A stretch of DNA of 63,922 bases, filler included, from Octopus bimaculoides (Eukaryota): assembly GCF_001194135.2 (NCBI RefSeq). It is 8 parts of 8 records of this genome, joined end to end, with 100 filler letters (N's around TTAATTAATTAA, not from the genome) between each part and the next. Parts side by side here need not be neighbours in the genome. Positions count along the whole stretch, not along the records: positions 61,244 to 62,660 come from NW_026438472.1; positions 62,761 to 63,922 come from NC_068986.1; 6 more parts are not named here. One strand, written 5' to 3'. The translations under genes were made by a program, and so were the position numbers. Position 1 is the first letter of the stretch, and each line of letters begins with the position of its first letter. Of this stretch, positions 62,146 to 63,922 are shown piece by piece. The notes below the pieces were generated by a model, which saw nothing but the letters and a program-made list of their open reading frames with translations, searched no databases and was not told where the DNA came from.

Positions 62146-62893
62146 AATAAAAAGTAGTAGTAGTAGACGTGATAGTAATAATATTTGTTTCATTGAACAT
62201 TAACATTTTTACTGAAGAGTTTTGCTAGAGGTTACCGGTAGCATACTGGAAGTTGTATGGACTACTCATTGGCCTATGGGAGATCCCAACTTGACGTACA
62301 AAATGAAAAGTGTTTGCTTTAATTATTTTTAGCAACAGTTGGATCATATGTGGTAAAATATAATATATGTGTGTGTGTGTTATACGTGTATGTATTTTGT
62401 TATTGTTATAATTGTCATTTTAGAAAATAAATAAATAGACATAATATAATGTCTTAAAGTTGATGAATACCACCTCTTGATCCCCTCCATTTTCTTATTG
62501 CTGTATAAAGGGTAAAATAACATTTTACCCTCACCCATTTATTACACTCGTTAATGTAATTGCCATGCTATGAAAAAACACTTGTGTATTAATAATTGTG
62601 TATTCTACCGGCAGTATATTGGATAGATATTATCCCTTAGTTGCTTGGATTCATAACCCCNNNNNNNNNNNNNNNNNNNNNNNNNNNNNNNNNNNNNNNN
62701 NNNNTTAATTAATTAANNNNNNNNNNNNNNNNNNNNNNNNNNNNNNNNNNNNNNNNNNNNAGAGAGAGAGAGAGAGAGAGAGAGAGTTGGAGAATGAGGA
62801 GGAAAGAGGGTGGTGGGGAGAGATATTGAGAATCTATTTGTATCTTTAAAACCTTCCAACATTTCACAACAGGCTCGTCCCCGCCCTCTGCAT

Positions 62894-62933
<40 letters not shown>

Positions 62934-62961
62934 ACACACACACATAGCGAGTCAAACTCGA

Positions 62962-63005
<44 letters not shown>

Positions 63006-63410
63006 TTCTTAGCTGACTAACCACATATAATAAAGAGAAAGCGTCTAACAAAAATCATCGCTTGACATTAGCAGTTAATATACAAGATTCACGACATAAC
63101 ACACACACACACACACACAATTTAACCCTTCCCGCCCACCCCCACCACACATTATGGAGGTGAAAAACAATGCGCAGCTAAAAAAGCTATGTTAAAGTAT
63201 GCAAAACATGATTGGTTACTGATAGCGCTCACTGAGTCATGCTGACACTTGGCTCGATGTATACAGCGTGTGTGTGTGTTTGTGTGTGTGTTTGTGTGTG
63301 TGTTTGTGTGTACACCTATATGCACTAGCGCACTGTCTACCAGTGAAACCTAAATACTGATTTTAAATCGAAGATGCATTATGTATTCATTCATCCTCTC
63401 TTTCACATAC

Positions 63411-63603
63411 ATGTTTCAGGCATTTGACTGCGGCCATGCTGGAGCACCGTCTTTTGGTCGAACAAATCGACCCCCAACACTTATTCTTTGTAAGCCCAGT
63501 ACTTATTCTATCGGTCTCTTTTTGCCGAACCGCTAATTACGGGGGTCGTAGAAAAATACACAGCAATACCGGTAATCAAGCGATGGTGGGGGGACAAACA
63601 CAG

Positions 63604-63638
<35 letters not shown>

Positions 63639-63786
63639 CACAAACAAAATGGGCTTCTTTCAGTTTCCGTCTACCAAATCCATTCACAAGGCTTTGGTCA
63701 ACCTGAGGCTATAGTAGAAGACACTTGCCCAAAGTGTCACGTGGCGGGACTGAACCTGGAACCATGTAGTTTGGAAGCAAGCTTCC
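63411..63786 (-). mobile_element. Near full-length SINE family 1
   Basis: Reverse complement collinear with 61330-61705. Confidence 0.88.
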
Positions 63787-63922
63787 ATTTTTTTTTTTCA
63801 GAGGTGGAGGTCCGAGTCCCATGTGTACGGCAAACCCTACTTTTATCCATTCAGGGCTTATATCCTCGAATTTTAAATTATTTAACTTAGTCAATGCACG
63901 GTAAACGCTTTAAGCTTATAAA

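Overview
Eukaryotic, very AT-rich draft genomic DNA with many gaps, dominated by microsatellites and decayed transposable elements. The SINE families and microsatellite load suggest a cephalopod, probably Octopus (inference, not provable here). I found no intact, recognisable cellular gene, rRNA, tRNA or CRISPR array; most ORFs in the track are microsatellite or N-gap artefacts. Supportable content: (1) tRNA-headed SINEs of at least three kinds; (2) degraded non-LTR retroelements: R4/Dong-like and HERO-like (restriction-like endonuclease), CR1, Tx1/L1-like (ORF2 piece and ORF1-like pieces) and Penelope-like RT/GIY-YIG; (3) two Gypsy relics, both lacking RT-RNase H; (4) several Tc1/mariner relics and a MITE; (5) a ~10 kb satellite block (31.2-41.1 kb) that switches from a ~220-bp monomer to a homologous ~153-bp monomer through a chimeric unit; (6) structured minisatellites at 58-60 kb; (7) a perfect 58-bp fold-back at 12.9-13.1 kb; (8) a few low-confidence candidate exons and a CpG-rich possible promoter. 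I cannot support a clearly new biological system. The best leads are the satellite transition, the ORF1-only LINE-like cluster, the modular SINEs, the in-frame integrase-Tc1 chimera and the fold-back. Boundaries were read by eye and most are approximate.
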